Below, one piece after another: positions 36,976 through 49,650 of a stretch of DNA of 59,334 nucleotides; the stretch's first letter is position 1; every line of letters begins with the position of its first letter. Location of the stretch: contig BCKZ01000005.1 of assembly GCA_001600815.1 (NCBI GenBank), forward strand, positions 1,241,794-1,301,127. Reading direction: 5' to 3'. The notes beneath the pieces were generated by a model. That model did not search any database and was not told the DNA's origin. It saw nothing but the letters and a program-made list of their open reading frames with translations. The stretch comes from Alloascoidea hylecoeti (lineage: Eukaryota). The position numbers and the translations under genes are program-made.

Positions 36976-39659
36976 CTACTTTTTAGTAGTAAAAGAGGAA
37001 ATCCAATTCTTTAAAAATTTTAAATTAATTCCATGATTATAATATTTTCTATCTTCATCCCATATAATCATATCCATTTCAAGTCTCATTGAATTTAAAT
37101 CACCAAATTCTGGAAATATTCTTGTTTTTTCAATCCCTTTATTTTTTTTATTTAAAATCATCATATTTATATTACCAAATTTATTTGGAAATAATTTATT
37201 TAAAAAAAATAAATTAACTAATTTTGATTTAAATTTTTGAAAATTATTATTATTATTATTATAAAAATTTAAAAAAAGATAAAATTTAAATTTTGAATAT
37301 AATAAACAAATTAAAAAAATAAAAATTGGTCCATAATATGATAAAAATAATGAATTATTCCAACCATTTTTTAAAAAAATTGGAAATCCTGAAAAAATTA
37401 ATAATAATAAATTACAAATTAATGTAAACCAAGCTAAATATGGTTGAAAATAATAATTTAACCAAGAAATTTCAATTGAAGATGATAATCTAATATTTTT
37501 ATCTTTTGTTAAATAATAATATCTTAAATATGATAATGACATTCCAATCCAAGTAATTAACCAAGAATTTGATATAAAACAAATTAAATGTTGTAAAATA
37601 ATTTCTAATGGGAAATGAAGAGCAATAAATGAAACAAATGATAAACACCAACAAATGAAAATAGCAATATATGGTATACCATTTGGGAAACATTTTGATA
37701 TAAATTTTGGTAAATGACCCATTGTTGATAATGAATAAAGTATTCTTGATGCAGAATAAAGTAATGATGATGAATTACAAATTGCAAAAACTGCTAATAT
37801 AGCATTTATAACTGCTCCACCTTTACATAAACCAGCTGAATTTAATGCAACAACCCATGGTGAATGATTACATTTTGAAAATGATGTCCAGTTAATATAA
37901 CCAGTTGAACAACCATTTTGATCATTAATTTCAACAAAACTACCTTCTTTAATAATTGTTGTTGATGATAAAGTTGTATTTTTTAAAATATACCGAAATA
38001 ATCTTAAATCACCAGAATAAATATTTAAACTTACTAAAAAAATTGCTAAAATATAAAAAATAACAATTCTCCAAAATATTAATTTTGTTGTTGATGGTAT
38101 AACTTTTCTTGGATTTCGAATTTCTCCAACACTAATATAAATTAAATCAGTACCTAAATAACAATAAATAGTTATTGAACAACCTAATAAAATTGATAAA
38201 AAATTCCCCATTGAACCATTAATAATTGGTAAATTATTTTCATTTGAAGTTAAATTTAAATTTTTAAATGATAAATCAAAATTTGGTTGAAATAATCCAT
38301 AAATTAATTTTTTTTCAAAAATTGATTTTGAAGAATCCCAATATTTAAAACCAATTTCATTATTTAATGGACTACTACCAGTATTTAAAGTAATCATAAA
38401 TATAATTAATGAAATCATTGAACCAAATACAAAAATCCCAAAAAATGTATTAAAAAAAGTTGTTAATCTTAATGATATTGCATTAATTGAAATATTTAAC
38501 CATATAATAAATGAAATCCATGCACCACTTGTTGGATCAGGTTTACCTAATTGTGGATAATAACTCATTATTATACAAACTCCTATAATTTCAGCAGATA
38601 TTGCTAATGAATATGCTAAAAATCCACATATACCAAAACCTAATGATAAATGAGGTGATACAAATCTTGATACATGTGATGCAACACCACCGCCAACAGG
38701 ATATAAAGTAACTAATTCTGAAAAACCAGATAATGTTGAAAATAATAAAAAACCAATAATTATAAATGATAATAATGTACCAAATGGTCCAGCAATTGTA
38801 AAAACTTGTCCAGAAACAAAAAATAAACCAATTCCAAAACATCCTGAAAATGAATATAATTTTATAAAATTTGATTGGAAATTTCTTAAAGTTTCATGAT
38901 TATTTGGTGGTATATTTGGATTATTAAATAATTTTTCAATTATTAATGATTGATTATTATTTAAATTTAATTCTTTATCATTTATTAAATTATCATTTGT
39001 TAAAATATTTGTTAAATTATTATTTGATAAAATATTTGATGATTTCATATTTGAATTAATTGAAATTTCATCAATTTTATTAATAATATTAATAGTAGTA
39101 GTATCATTTGAATTTTTATTTATATTATGAAATAATTTATTTATTTTTAATCTTGATCTTAAACCATTATCATTAATTAAATTTTCTTTATCATTATCAT
39201 TTTCTTTAGAATTTTTTTGTTTATTTTTATTTATTGTTGAATCATTTAAATGATTTATTGATGATTTAATTAAAACTCCTTTAATTCTACTAACACCAAA
39301 ACCTTTTAATTTTTTTAATGGATATTTTCTTTCATCTAATGTAATTATTTCATCATCATCAAAATTATCATCATCATTAAAATCATTTTCAATAAAATTA
39401 TTTATATTATTATATTCATTAATTTTTTTAAATTCTTGTTGTTTTGATTCATTATAAATATTATCAGGAGAATTTATAGTTGTAAAATAATTTCCATACA
39501 TTTTACTTTGATTTTGTTTAATTTTAATTTTTTTTAATTCACTATAAATTCTTGATCTTAATTCTTCTTCTTTTAAAACTTGTTTATTATATTTTTCAAA
39601 ATCTGTTAATTCATATTCTTCATTAATTTCATCATCAGTATTTGAATTTATTAATAAAC

Positions 39660-39719
<60 letters not shown>

Positions 39720-40464
39720 CATTATTGTTTAAAACTATATCATCTGCTTTAAGTCTTTGTAGTAATACTGATTCTTTTCTACTTAAATTATTTGAACTTG
39801 TTTCAGGTATATCATCATCATTAAAACCATTAATTGTATTATTTGTATTATTACTTTCATCTAATATTTTAGTTAAATAAAATCGATCATTAATAAGTTG
39901 TTCATGAATTTCAGGATCATTTAGCATATATTCAATATTATCATTATCATTATCATCTATTGATATTGATGGAATTTCATTCTTTATTATTAAATTATTA
40001 TTTTTATTTAAATATTCAAGAAAAACTCCTCCTCCTTGTGATTGAGATTTTGATTTTTGTAATTCATTAATATCATTGTTATTTTCGGAATAATTATCAG
40101 ATTCATCAATACATATACTATCATTTGATATATTTGTATTTAAATAAATATGTTTTATACCATCTTCATCAATACTTATTCTTGTATTTTCAAATTCATT
40201 TTCTGTATTATTATCATTTTCAAAATCTGTTATTGAAGTTTGATTCTTAAAATTATTTGTGTGTTTAATCTCAGGAAATAAAGATCTTTTCTTTGAATTG
40301 ATTATATTATCATTTTCTTTATCCTTATCAATATTATAGGAAGTGCCTTGTATTGGTAACCGAGCCTCATTAATATCAAGATTAATATTAAGATGATGAT
40401 AATCTTCTATGTCATCATCATTATCGTTAGGATGAACCACTGTCTGGGGTCCACCATTTATCAT
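36976..40464 (-). CDS. SSY1: SPS amino-acid sensor (APC permease fold with a long Asn-rich N-terminus)
   Basis: About 530-aa N-terminal extension, then GIGLFFVSGQVFTIAGPFG, EIGFKYWDSSKS..YGLF.P.FDL, GEIRNPRKVIP and SPWVVAL. Confidence 0.8.
39661..39726. repeat. (AAT)n microsatellite encoding poly-Asn in SSY1
   Basis: About 20 ATT units. Confidence 0.9.
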
Positions 40465-41099
40465 GTTATTGTCGAGGATTTTGAAGGTTTGATAATTAAA
40501 GATCTTGATTATAAATTAAAGACATAAAGACAAGTCGAGAATTTATATGATCGAAGAACTGGGTCACGTGTGTCTCAAAAAAACAGATTGTGACATTTCG
40601 GAAATGTGATTAAACTTTAAGCTTATTATATACAATAGAAATATCTGACACAAACATATAAAGTAGGGATGCTCTTTTGAATGAAGCTAAAAATAAGTAG
40701 TTCTAGACTTGCAGTTGTGTTTATAGACATGAGCACTGCCTGCCAAAGTAGTATCTGATTATTTATTTATTTATAATAAATATTCTTCTTGGCTTGTTTA
40801 CAGTTGAATTTAAATGAATCTTTGGACGACAACAAGACAACACTTTTCATAAATGTTTAAATTTGTGATGATGATGATGGCACACGATCATTTCCAAAAA
40901 ATAGCATCACAGTTGAAATAGTAATAAATTAACTTAATACTTTTATGGATATGCATAGTACATTATTATCAATTCATAATTAACATATTTGTTTAACTTT
41001 TGAGATATAAGATATATAAATTATATTATATAAAAAAAGTAGTATTAAAAAAAAAAAAAAACATAATACTTCAAAATTTTAAAAAAGATGAAGTTCTAA

Positions 41100-41960
41100 T
41101 TATAATTGAAATTTCTCTAAAATTTTCTTTTTTTCTCTTTCAATAAGCCAAAATTCAATTTCATTTATTGTTGGAATTGATTCAATATCACCTATTGGAC
41201 ACCAAGATTTAGGAATATTATCATTATTTTTTAATTGTTTTTTAAAATTATTTTGTGTTATTTGTTGTTCATAAATTAATAATGGATCTGAATAAGTATA
41301 ATTTGAAATTGAATTATCATTATCAACAGCGCTTCTTTTATTACTTTCATTTTCACTTTCAGTTGGAAAATCAAAATCCATAGTTGAATCCAAATCAATA
41401 TTATTAATAATTTCATCACGATATCCATAATAATCAGGACCAATTAAATTTTTTAATCTATTAATTTTTGTTCTCTTTTTAAATTCTTCTTCAGCAAGAT
41501 TTTTCCCTCTTCTTAATTTATTCAACTCTTCTTCTTGTTGTAATAATAATTCTTTAACACCTGGTAATTCTCTTGATCTACCAAAATATCTATAACCTCT
41601 AATTATTGGAACTGAATTCCCATGTGAATCAAATGCTTTATTAAAACGTAAATAGTTTGGTCCACCTAAATCTTTTATTCTTATTTCCCATGCATGTTTT
41701 TCTCTCATTAATTTATTTATCTCATCATTTAAATCACGGATCTGAAATTCAGTTAATGAGATATCTTGGATTTTTTCGACTTTACGGGATATTTCTCGTA
41801 CTACTTGAGATCTCCATTTCTCACACATGGGGACAGTTTCCACATGTGCGGTATTTCTTGGACGGTGAGTTCTTCCGGCATCTATGATTCCTAGCTCTGC
41901 AGCTTGCTGTTCCTGGAATCTATAGAGCAGAGATTGCGATTTTTCTGCGTTTCTTGACAT
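41100..41960 (-). CDS. ISY1: Pre-mRNA splicing factor (NTC)
   Basis: [74 protein letters not shown]. Confidence 0.95.
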   Translation of the reverse strand: MSRNAEKSQSLLYRFQEQQAAELGIIDAGRTHRPRNTAHVETVPMCEKWRSQVVREISRKVEKIQDISLTEFQIRDLNDEINKLMREKHAWEIRIKDLGGPNYLRFNKAFDSHGNSVPIIRGYRYFGRSRELPGVKELLLQQEEELNKLRRGKNLAEEEFKKRTKINRLKNLIGPDYYGYRDEIINNIDLDSTMDFDFPTESENESNKRSAVDNDNSISNYTYSDPLLIYEQQITQNNFKKQLKNNDNIPKSWCPIGDIESIPTINEIEFWLIEREKKKILEKFQL

Positions 41961-42242
41961 GTCGAGGTAGAAGTTAAAGTGGAGTGATAAATATTAGAGT
42001 AATAGGGGAAAGAGAGGAGGGTAACAGAGCATGAGCAAGTAGGAAATTATGCAGCTTTGCTTGCGTCGTATCTGAGAAGGATGCATATGCATAGTCTGCA
42101 TAGTGCATATGCATACTATGCTTACGTAATGGCTACGTAACCGGCGCGTGCTTAGGTAATATATATACAGAGGCTGGCATTTATACTTTCCGGTGCGTTT
42201 CCAGACTCTTTCAGAGATCTCTTCTTCTAGGAACCGACCAAA

Positions 42243-44423
42243 ATGAACAACGTGTGGTCCTACTTGCCAACCGCAGTGCACTTCTCCCCGGACCTGGACA
42301 GAGAGTCCTCCCCGTACGCGTCCTCGGGGGTCTACTTGAAGTACAACTCCCTCCCAGGACCCTCCAGTGGACCCTCCAGTGGACCCTCCAGTGGCTCCCC
42401 CAGTGGCTCCCCCAGTGGAACCTCCTCCCCAAACAACGACCTCGTGCTCACCATCTCTCCCTTCAACTTCAACGTCAACACGACCGTGCTCATCTCCACC
42501 AGCTCCTCCATCTCAGACTCCAAAGTCACCTGGATCCCTTCGACCATCAAACACTCCATCAATCTGCTTTCCACTGAGTCTTCGGTTCCGTCTTCTCTGT
42601 CCTCCATAATCCCCGGAAACTCTAATTTGCAGAAACTGGTCTCAAAGTTTATTCGCTCAGGCTTTCGTTTCTATCCAAACTATGAATTGTATGCTGACGG
42701 AGAAATCGACTACAAATCCCATCCTCAATCTAGCTCTCAATCTTTGCAAAATGTAAAATTATATCTTATCATTATTAAACCTTCTGTTCCTGTGGAAATA
42801 GTTTCTTCTTCTTCTTTAACAACAACTACAACTACAACAACTGAAGAAAATGAAACTGATGTTGAATTAGATGATTCAACTGTTCATCCAGAAACAATCT
42901 TAATCTCTAAAGCAAAAAGAGAAATGGAAAAACAACAACTTCTAAAAATCTTAAAACCTCCTCCATCATTTAAAATCATCTCTTTATCAAATATTGATAT
43001 TAATAAATATCAACAAAATCAAATCTTAATTAAATCATGTCCATTTTCTTTATCAAATCCTGTTTTATTTAGTGATTATCATTCAAATGGAAATATTAGT
43101 TATTTAATTAAATCAAATAATCATGAACAAATTGATGCAATTTTAAGTGATATTAGATATTTAGATAATATGGAAGGTGGTATTGTCTTTTTAGATTCTT
43201 CAAATGAACCTGAATCTTTAAATAATGATTTATACTCAATTGGTATGGTTGGCGGTTCATTTAAAAAATTAAATGGTCAAGGTGATTTATTATTAATTAT
43301 AACTTGGGATTTAATTTTAAATATTTTACAATCAATTTTTTTAAGTGATGGCAAATTATCTTTAACTAAAATTAAAGAATTAACTATTAATAATGATGAA
43401 TTAAATGAATTAAGAATTCACCCAAGAGCTCCTTTTCCTTATGTTGGAAATCCAATTCAATTTCAACCACCAATTACAAAAATAAAAACTTCTTCATTTA
43501 TTGAATCAAATAATTCTAATTTACAAAAAAAATTTGAAAAAGAACAACAACAATTAATTGATAATTATAATCCAATTCAATCAATTGTAAGTATAACAAT
43601 TGAAACTTTTAATTCTGTTTGTTGGGGTTCAGGTATATTATTATCAGATACAATAGTTGTTACAAATCGTCATGTTATTAATAATTATGATAAATCATCA
43701 ATAACAATTTGGTTTTCAAATTCAAAATCATCAAGAATTTTTGATATTATTAAACCAATTTCTGATTTCGATTTAGTTTATTTACAATTAATTGAAAAAT
43801 GTCCAATTAATTATAATAAACCTGCAAAATTATGTAAAAGATCAATTTTAAAAGGTGAAAAAGTTAAATCTATTGGATTTGGTTTATTTTATCCATTAAT
43901 TAATCCAATGCAATTATCAACTGATTTACAAAGAAGAGAAGGTGAAGAAATTAATGATGGGAAATTAAATTTAAATTTAAATCCAATGGATTTTTTACAA
44001 CCATTAATTTCTCAAGGTGTTATTTCAACTTTAATTTCATTACCATTATTCCCGCCAAATACAAAAAATATGATTCAAAATCCAAATTTACCAATAATGG
44101 CAATTTCATCAGCAGGATGTTGGAATGGTTCATCAGGTGGTGGATTATTTAATTCCAACAATGAATTAATTGCAATGTTAACATCAAATGGTAAATTAGA
44201 ATCAACTGGTGAAATATTACCATTTTTATCTTTAGGTATACCAATTTATGGTATAATTGATTATGGTTTTAATTTAATTAATGCAAAAAATAATTTAGGT
44301 TTAAATGTTTGTATTTATGATGATAAAGAAATTAAAATTAATTCTGATATTAAAAAATGTTGGGATTTAAAACCAACTCATAAAGAAGTTGTTTGGAGAA
44401 AGGAAATTGGTTATAAGTTATAA
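42243..44423 (+). CDS. Trypsin-like serine protease, TYSND1/DEG15 peroxisomal processing protease-like
   Basis: WGSGILL..VVTNRHVI (His), FDLVYLQL (Asp), NGSSGGGLFN (Ser); degenerate first protease domain (MEGG); C-terminal YKL resembles PTS1. Confidence 0.7.
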   Translation: MNNVWSYLPTAVHFSPDLDRESSPYASSGVYLKYNSLPGPSSGPSSGPSSGSPSGSPSGTSSPNNDLVLTISPFNFNVNTTVLISTSSSISDSKVTWIPSTIKHSINLLSTESSVPSSLSSIIPGNSNLQKLVSKFIRSGFRFYPNYELYADGEIDYKSHPQSSSQSLQNVKLYLIIIKPSVPVEIVSSSSLTTTTTTTTEENETDVELDDSTVHPETILISKAKREMEKQQLLKILKPPPSFKIISLSNIDINKYQQNQILIKSCPFSLSNPVLFSDYHSNGNISYLIKSNNHEQIDAILSDIRYLDNMEGGIVFLDSSNEPESLNNDLYSIGMVGGSFKKLNGQGDLLLIITWDLILNILQSIFLSDGKLSLTKIKELTINNDELNELRIHPRAPFPYVGNPIQFQPPITKIKTSSFIESNNSNLQKKFEKEQQQLIDNYNPIQSIVSITIETFNSVCWGSGILLSDTIVVTNRHVINNYDKSSITIWFSNSKSSRIFDIIKPISDFDLVYLQLIEKCPINYNKPAKLCKRSILKGEKVKSIGFGLFYPLINPMQLSTDLQRREGEEINDGKLNLNLNPMDFLQPLISQGVISTLISLPLFPPNTKNMIQNPNLPIMAISSAGCWNGSSGGGLFNSNNELIAMLTSNGKLESTGEILPFLSLGIPIYGIIDYGFNLINAKNNLGLNVCIYDDKEIKINSDIKKCWDLKPTHKEVVWRKEIGYKL
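42357..42419 (+). repeat. 12-bp coding tandem repeat (GPSS)3(GSPS)2
   Basis: ggaccctccagt x3 plus ggctcccccagt x2. Confidence 0.85.
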
Positions 44424-45891
44424 TATATATATATCATATATCATTATCATATTTTTAAAATAAAAAAAATTTATATAATTTATTGTTGAGTTTAAGTTTA
44501 AGTTGGAGGTTATAATTATTACATAATACTTATGTTATTATTATAATCATTTAGATTAATATTAATATTAATATTCGTTCCTTTATAGTTTAATTTATTC
44601 TATTATTTGCTTTTATTTTCAATCTTTTATCTATATCATATTAATATTACAATTGGTATTGTTAATGGATTATCATCATACATATGCATTCAAAGTTGTA
44701 ACAATTAATTTGAAATGATAAAATGACCCTTGCAATTGCAATAGATAATTATGACTGTGTTACTATAGATATGTTGTAGGTGAAACTATTCAATATATGC
44801 TTTATGATAACAAACTTGAACGCTTAACTGATATTGAAATGTGTTCTAAAATATTTTATAGTATATTTTATAGGCCTTATATTAATTCTTCGACGTTGTG
44901 ATATTTATATTATATTTTATGTGTGTAATTGTAAATGAAAAGTAAAAGCATAAGTACATTACCCTGAATTTAGCTAAACTAAAGTTAAATTCTCAATAGG
45001 ATCATTATTTAGATTCCTCGTCACAATTTTTAAAATTCTAATGGAAAATCTTAATTATTATACTCACTTGTATCTTGATTATCATTATGTAACTCTTTTT
45101 TCCACCTGTCCTCAAGTAATCTTCAAATACTTGGAATTGGTAAATCTAAATCAATTCTTCATTTTAACTGTTTTTCATGTTATAGAAAAAAAAAACCATT
45201 CCTGTATCATCAAAGGTTTTTTTTTTTTTTTATTAAGCGCTTATCTTCGGATTTTAAAAATGTCCAAATACTTTTCTATAAAAATCGGGAATTTAATTCA
45301 ATTTTTCAATTATCACTTATCAATTCAATGATCTATCCTTTCTTTTTAGGGGGACCTCCATTAAAACTTGAAAATAAAGAAACTTCAATTACACTGATCA
45401 TTTTAATTTCTAGATCTATAGATATAGCTATCTATTGATGATTAATCACAATTATCAGTTCAGGACATTATCTTTAATACTAATCATTTCTCCTTCTTTT
45501 GATATAACATATTTTTCAATATTATCACTTTTGTTTCCATCACTGGATTCTCCTCAAAATACTCATTTATATCAATATTTAACTTTCTCTTATTTATTCC
45601 CAATGCCCCTTTTTCTGTCTGTCCTATCTATCAAACATGGTTTACCAGCATCAGGTTCCTTTGAGTCTTTCATAAATCGGTCTCCCATCATCTTTCTTCT
45701 CATCTGTCCAATAAATAGTATCGTCAGTGATATATTTAGCCAATTCAGTTTTGTTTAATGTAGAGATTAAAAAATATCAAATCCTGCTTGATTTGACTCC
45801 TCCATTAATTTTGGTAATGATTTGGCATGTTCAGTGGATTGATAGATAAACACGTAATTTCTCTAAAACTCTTGGAAAACAAATTAATTTA

Positions 45892-46400
45892 AGAATTTGG
45901 GATAATGAAACTTTTCGAGGTTTAAAAATTTTAGGTGAACCAAATCTTGAGATATTATGACAATTAGGTATCACATTTTATTTGGGTAGTTCTGCTTGTA
46001 TGGATATTAATGATAAATATCTGGTTTCTAGTTCATGTGATGCGCCTTGTATCATTTAGGAGTTACAAAATTTTGAACCAATAGATCGTCTGATAATGAT
46101 AATACCAACAGAAACTAGTTCTTGTTAAGTTATAAATGGTATCGCTTTAAACAATAATTATATCGTGATGATAATTATATTGAGGGTTGGAACTCAAACC
46201 TTGATAAATTAAAGCATTAACTACAATATAATTTTCAACTCAGTTTAAAAGGCAGATATCTTTTTATCGATGTGTCCAGTCATAATGATATTATATATGG
46301 TAGCGATTTTGGAAATATAAAACCTTGGAATATTGAAACTGGCCAAGTAATCCAAACATCTGATTATATTCGCGTTAAATGCATTACAGGTTCTAAACAC
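45892..46400 (+). pseudogene. F-box/WD40 family fragment (middle part)
   Basis: RIWDNETFRGLKILGEPN..CMDINDKYLVSSSCDAPCII..FEPIDRL..WNIETGQVIQ, with stops and frameshifts. Confidence 0.75.
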
Positions 46401-46480
46401 TAATATACTCATTGTATAAAGCGACACCATTTATACTTGAATAATGATTTTTTTGCGTTATCAGATGTTGTTTTACTGGT

Positions 46481-46840
46481 TTAACATTGAAAAGTTTCAT
46501 TATCCCAAATTCTAATTGTACAATCATGTGAACTACTAGTTATAATCCAGTTTTTATTGTCTCGGCAGAATGATCACTTAATTTATGCTGTGTGAATTCA
46601 CAATTCAATTCTAAAAGAATACGTTCTTTTTATAATTCGTACTATGAATCAGTCTCTGATTAATCATTATTAGTATTTTCAATATTTTTGATCTTGAAAC
46701 TTTGATTTTTTCCATGATTTAGATACTCCTCAAATAAAGTCGTCGGTTGAAAATCTGAAAATATTATAACACATATTTCATAATGAAGATAAGAAACAAA
46801 ATCTATTGTATTCCCAGGATTTTTGTGTAAGGATACGTTG
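46481..46840 (-). pseudogene. F-box/WD40 family fragment (N-terminal part)
   Basis: LHKNPG..YEICVIIF..KSKFQDQKY..SETDS*YELYKER..HKLSDHS..NWIITSSSHDCTIRIWDNETFQC; upstream sequence resembles that of copies 1 and 53782. Confidence 0.75.
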
Positions 46841-47204
46841 CAATTGTTATCTACTCGTGGTTGTCAATAAATACATCTAAAACCTATTCTTGCCTTTTGA
46901 GAAGAAAAGAAAGAAGTTGAAGCTGCACTACTTTCACATAATATAGAGCTGGGTAAAAATTAAAGTTGTGCCTTTCTTTTATGATACTTTGGATATCGTA
47001 TCTAAGATATACGAACTTTATTGTTACGAAGTGATCGTATAATTAATGAATGTAAATGTGATTAAAAGTATATATGTATTGTATTTAGTTTCACAAGGGA
47101 ATACTAAATAGTCTTAGCACACTGAGGTAACACAATAAATGTTTGACAACGCAATATAAATTCCGGATTGATCTTTAAAGAATGAGGATTCTTTATAATC
47201 GGGG

Positions 47205-47781
47205 TGTACTTATTCATAAAATTAAAACTTTATATGCATGTGCTTATACATAGTGAAGCCAGCCGTTGATGCATAGCCAATTACCATCTAACGGCACATT
47301 TGCATTGTAGCAATTAAATTTTAATGTGTTTATCATCTGCAAGTAACAATAACCCCAATAAATTCTTTTTAGATCAGTGGTTATATATCGCGACCAAAGA
47401 CGGCTTCGGGACTATTGAATTTTCAGGCTGCTATCTCCACATCCTCGCTTTGTGATATTATTATTAGTCGTGTTATTTAATTGGAAATAAGCGCCAACGG
47501 TACCGGTGCTAGCGAAGAAAGGAATAATGAACAGTGTGAGGTGTGTACTCCTGGGTTCCTGGGCTCTTCAAAGGTCTTAAAATTTGTAGTTCATATTTCA
47601 TAATACTATGGTTGGTGATATCTTTTAGTGTACACCGGTATATATTCAGTTCTCTACATAGATAATTAAAAGAGTATACTGATCAAAGAAGATTGGAGCT
47701 AGAGATTGAAGCAGGAGTCGATAGGCAACAACCAGAGATTCTTAATCAAGAGCATACCTTTTAAGCGAGAAGAAATCTGGA
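47205..47781 (+). repeat. ~570-bp repeat, left arm of an inverted pair
   Basis: Reverse complement of 50958-51525. By eye, one substitution and one ~9-nt indel near the inner end. Confidence 0.9.
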
Positions 47782-48154
47782 AAACCATAAGAAATAAGGG
47801 AAGCCCAACTAATCCTGATGCATTAAGTGATTATGAAATATTAATGAATATGGACCTTTTTGCGACTTATGGGAGCGATAAAGCTTTCCAGAAGATCATA
47901 TTACTTCAATCATATAGCGAAAAATTGATTGTATTTCCACTTTAGTTTCTTTTTATCCTTTAAATTTGCTATAAATTTCCTTTGTGCCTTGATAATTTAT
48001 CACGAGAAATTAAGTGACTTTCCAATTGTTTATGATCGTCTTTATCATTTGTATTCCATCAATATTTCTATGGATCAAAAGTCTGGAAAGAACTTCAATG
48101 TGTTCAAGCGGGAACACAACCCCAAAAACATAACTTACGGGATATACCATTTGC

Positions 48155-48406
48155 AACAGCTTTCAAACATTAAAAAGTTTCACTATCCCAAATTCTTATT
48201 GTAAAATCTTCTGAATTAAAAAAAAAAATTCAAATTCCAGTTTCTAAAAATTTTACACAAAGATTGTTTCGCCATTAATGACCCCTTAATACTTCATAGT
48301 GTATATTTTTCCTTTTTTCAATTTCTTCCCAGAATGAATCAAGTTCTGAATATTCATTAAAGTATTTCCATTCTTGACATTGATACTTTGATTTCCATAT
48401 CTTATT
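48155..48406 (-). pseudogene. F-box/WD40 family fragment
   Basis: IWKSKYQCQEWKYFNEYSELDS..VLRGH..LCVKF..IRIWDSETF*CLK. Confidence 0.7.
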
Positions 48407-48450
48407 TGTCATCAAAAAATGTAATAAGTGTATAGAGGATATTCAAAAGA

Positions 48451-48797
48451 TGTCAGATATCAAACATGGTAGCGGCGCCGCCACGAGAGGCATCAGGTTC
48501 GAGTCCGCCGTAGGACGGTAGTTTACATCAGTCTAGTTGAGGCTTAGTAGGGTAACGCATAAATGGCCCGAAAGTAAAATGTCCGAGTCAGTCTGCAAGA
48601 AGTCCGAAACCCGCAAGATCACGGGGGTGAGCAGATATGGCGATTAGTAAAGTGACCTGCCTAAGGTTGGGGGGTGTGTTGGATATATATTACACTCTTA
48701 GAACAGTTCACTAAAGAGTCGATTGGCTTTTTGGCGCAACTGGGAGAACAGGCACTTTGAACTTTAACACATGATGAAAAAAAATTTTGTCAGATAT
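48451..48797 (+). mobile_element. SINE-like or LTR-leader-like GC-richer insert
   Basis: Flanked by the direct repeat TGTCAGATAT (48451-60, 48788-97); TGGTAGCG at 48467; B-box GGTTCGAGTCC at 48496-506; A8 at 48777-84. Confidence 0.45.
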
Positions 48798-48874
48798 TTT
48801 TATAAGGGGAATTGGAAATAAAATCGAAAGGCTTTACACTATTTTCGTTATTCGAAATCTGAAAAATTAAGATT

Positions 48875-48965
48875 TTGGTACTGATTCGAAAAGACTAGCT
48901 ACTTTTACTTTGGAGGTTGATCTTGTTACTTGTGATTTTACCGAGAATCTAAGGTGAAATATATT
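48875..48965 (+). pseudogene. F-box/WD40 family C-terminal fragment
   Basis: TDSKRLATFTLEVDLVTCDFTENLR, followed by the family's conserved downstream sequence. Confidence 0.7.
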
Positions 48966-49278
48966 TAAAATATAATCCATTAAAAATTGAAAATAAAATC
49001 ATTGTTTAAAGAAACTTCAATAAGAGTATTCATTTTAATCGCTAAAGATCTATGACCTATTGATAATTAATCACAATTATCAGTTCAATGCATTTTCTTG
49101 ACTAAAACAACTCTATAATACTGTAATAGAATTCATTAAGAAACAAATGGATAGATAAATCATCAGATTTATTACTTCATAATTATGAATTCATCCGCTA
49201 TTTATCCCACCACAAATAAACAGCGTATAGACACATAAGAATTAAGAATAATACACACATCATTGCATAAATACGAAC

Positions 49279-49650
49279 CAGTTGTTGACCTATAACTTAT
49301 ATTCGCCCACCGGTTAAATTAATACTTCGGCCACTTAAGATAATAATACTAGACATGGGGCACTAATTATTAGCCAACCTAATGTTGCACAAACTTTTTG
49401 GTCACACTTTGAATGAACTAAATATTAGACGATGCCATGCCTAAAGATACGATCTCTTCTTCAAATTGAATATTCGACCACTTCAATTTATTATTGGTCC
49501 ACATCACACAAAAACATTCGGCAACTTAGCAGGAGACCAGATATTCGGTCACTTCTTAAATTAATTATAGCACCACACTTTGAGCTACATTCGACCATTT
49601 GACAGGCTAATTATTCAGTACACTAATTATCGGCTATCTATACTTAAAAT
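49279..49650 (+). repeat. Cluster of about 7 degenerate ATTCGRCCAC motifs; possible DNA transposon end
   Basis: attcgcccac, ttcggccac, attcgaccac, attcggcaac, attcggtcac, attcgaccat, atcggctat, all in one orientation. Confidence 0.45.

Noticed and set aside
41994..42609. Several overlapping short ORFs
   Set aside because: By-products of local high GC and the 12-bp repeat.
48461..48515. tRNA gene suggested by GGTTCGAGTCC
   Set aside because: T-stem and acceptor stem do not pair; no cloverleaf.
48530..48620. Hammerhead-like ribozyme (..TGAGG..CGAAA)
   Set aside because: No CUGANGA core and no convincing stems.
49279..49650. CRISPR-like array
   Set aside because: Short, degenerate, irregularly spaced motifs in eukaryotic DNA, with no cas genes.
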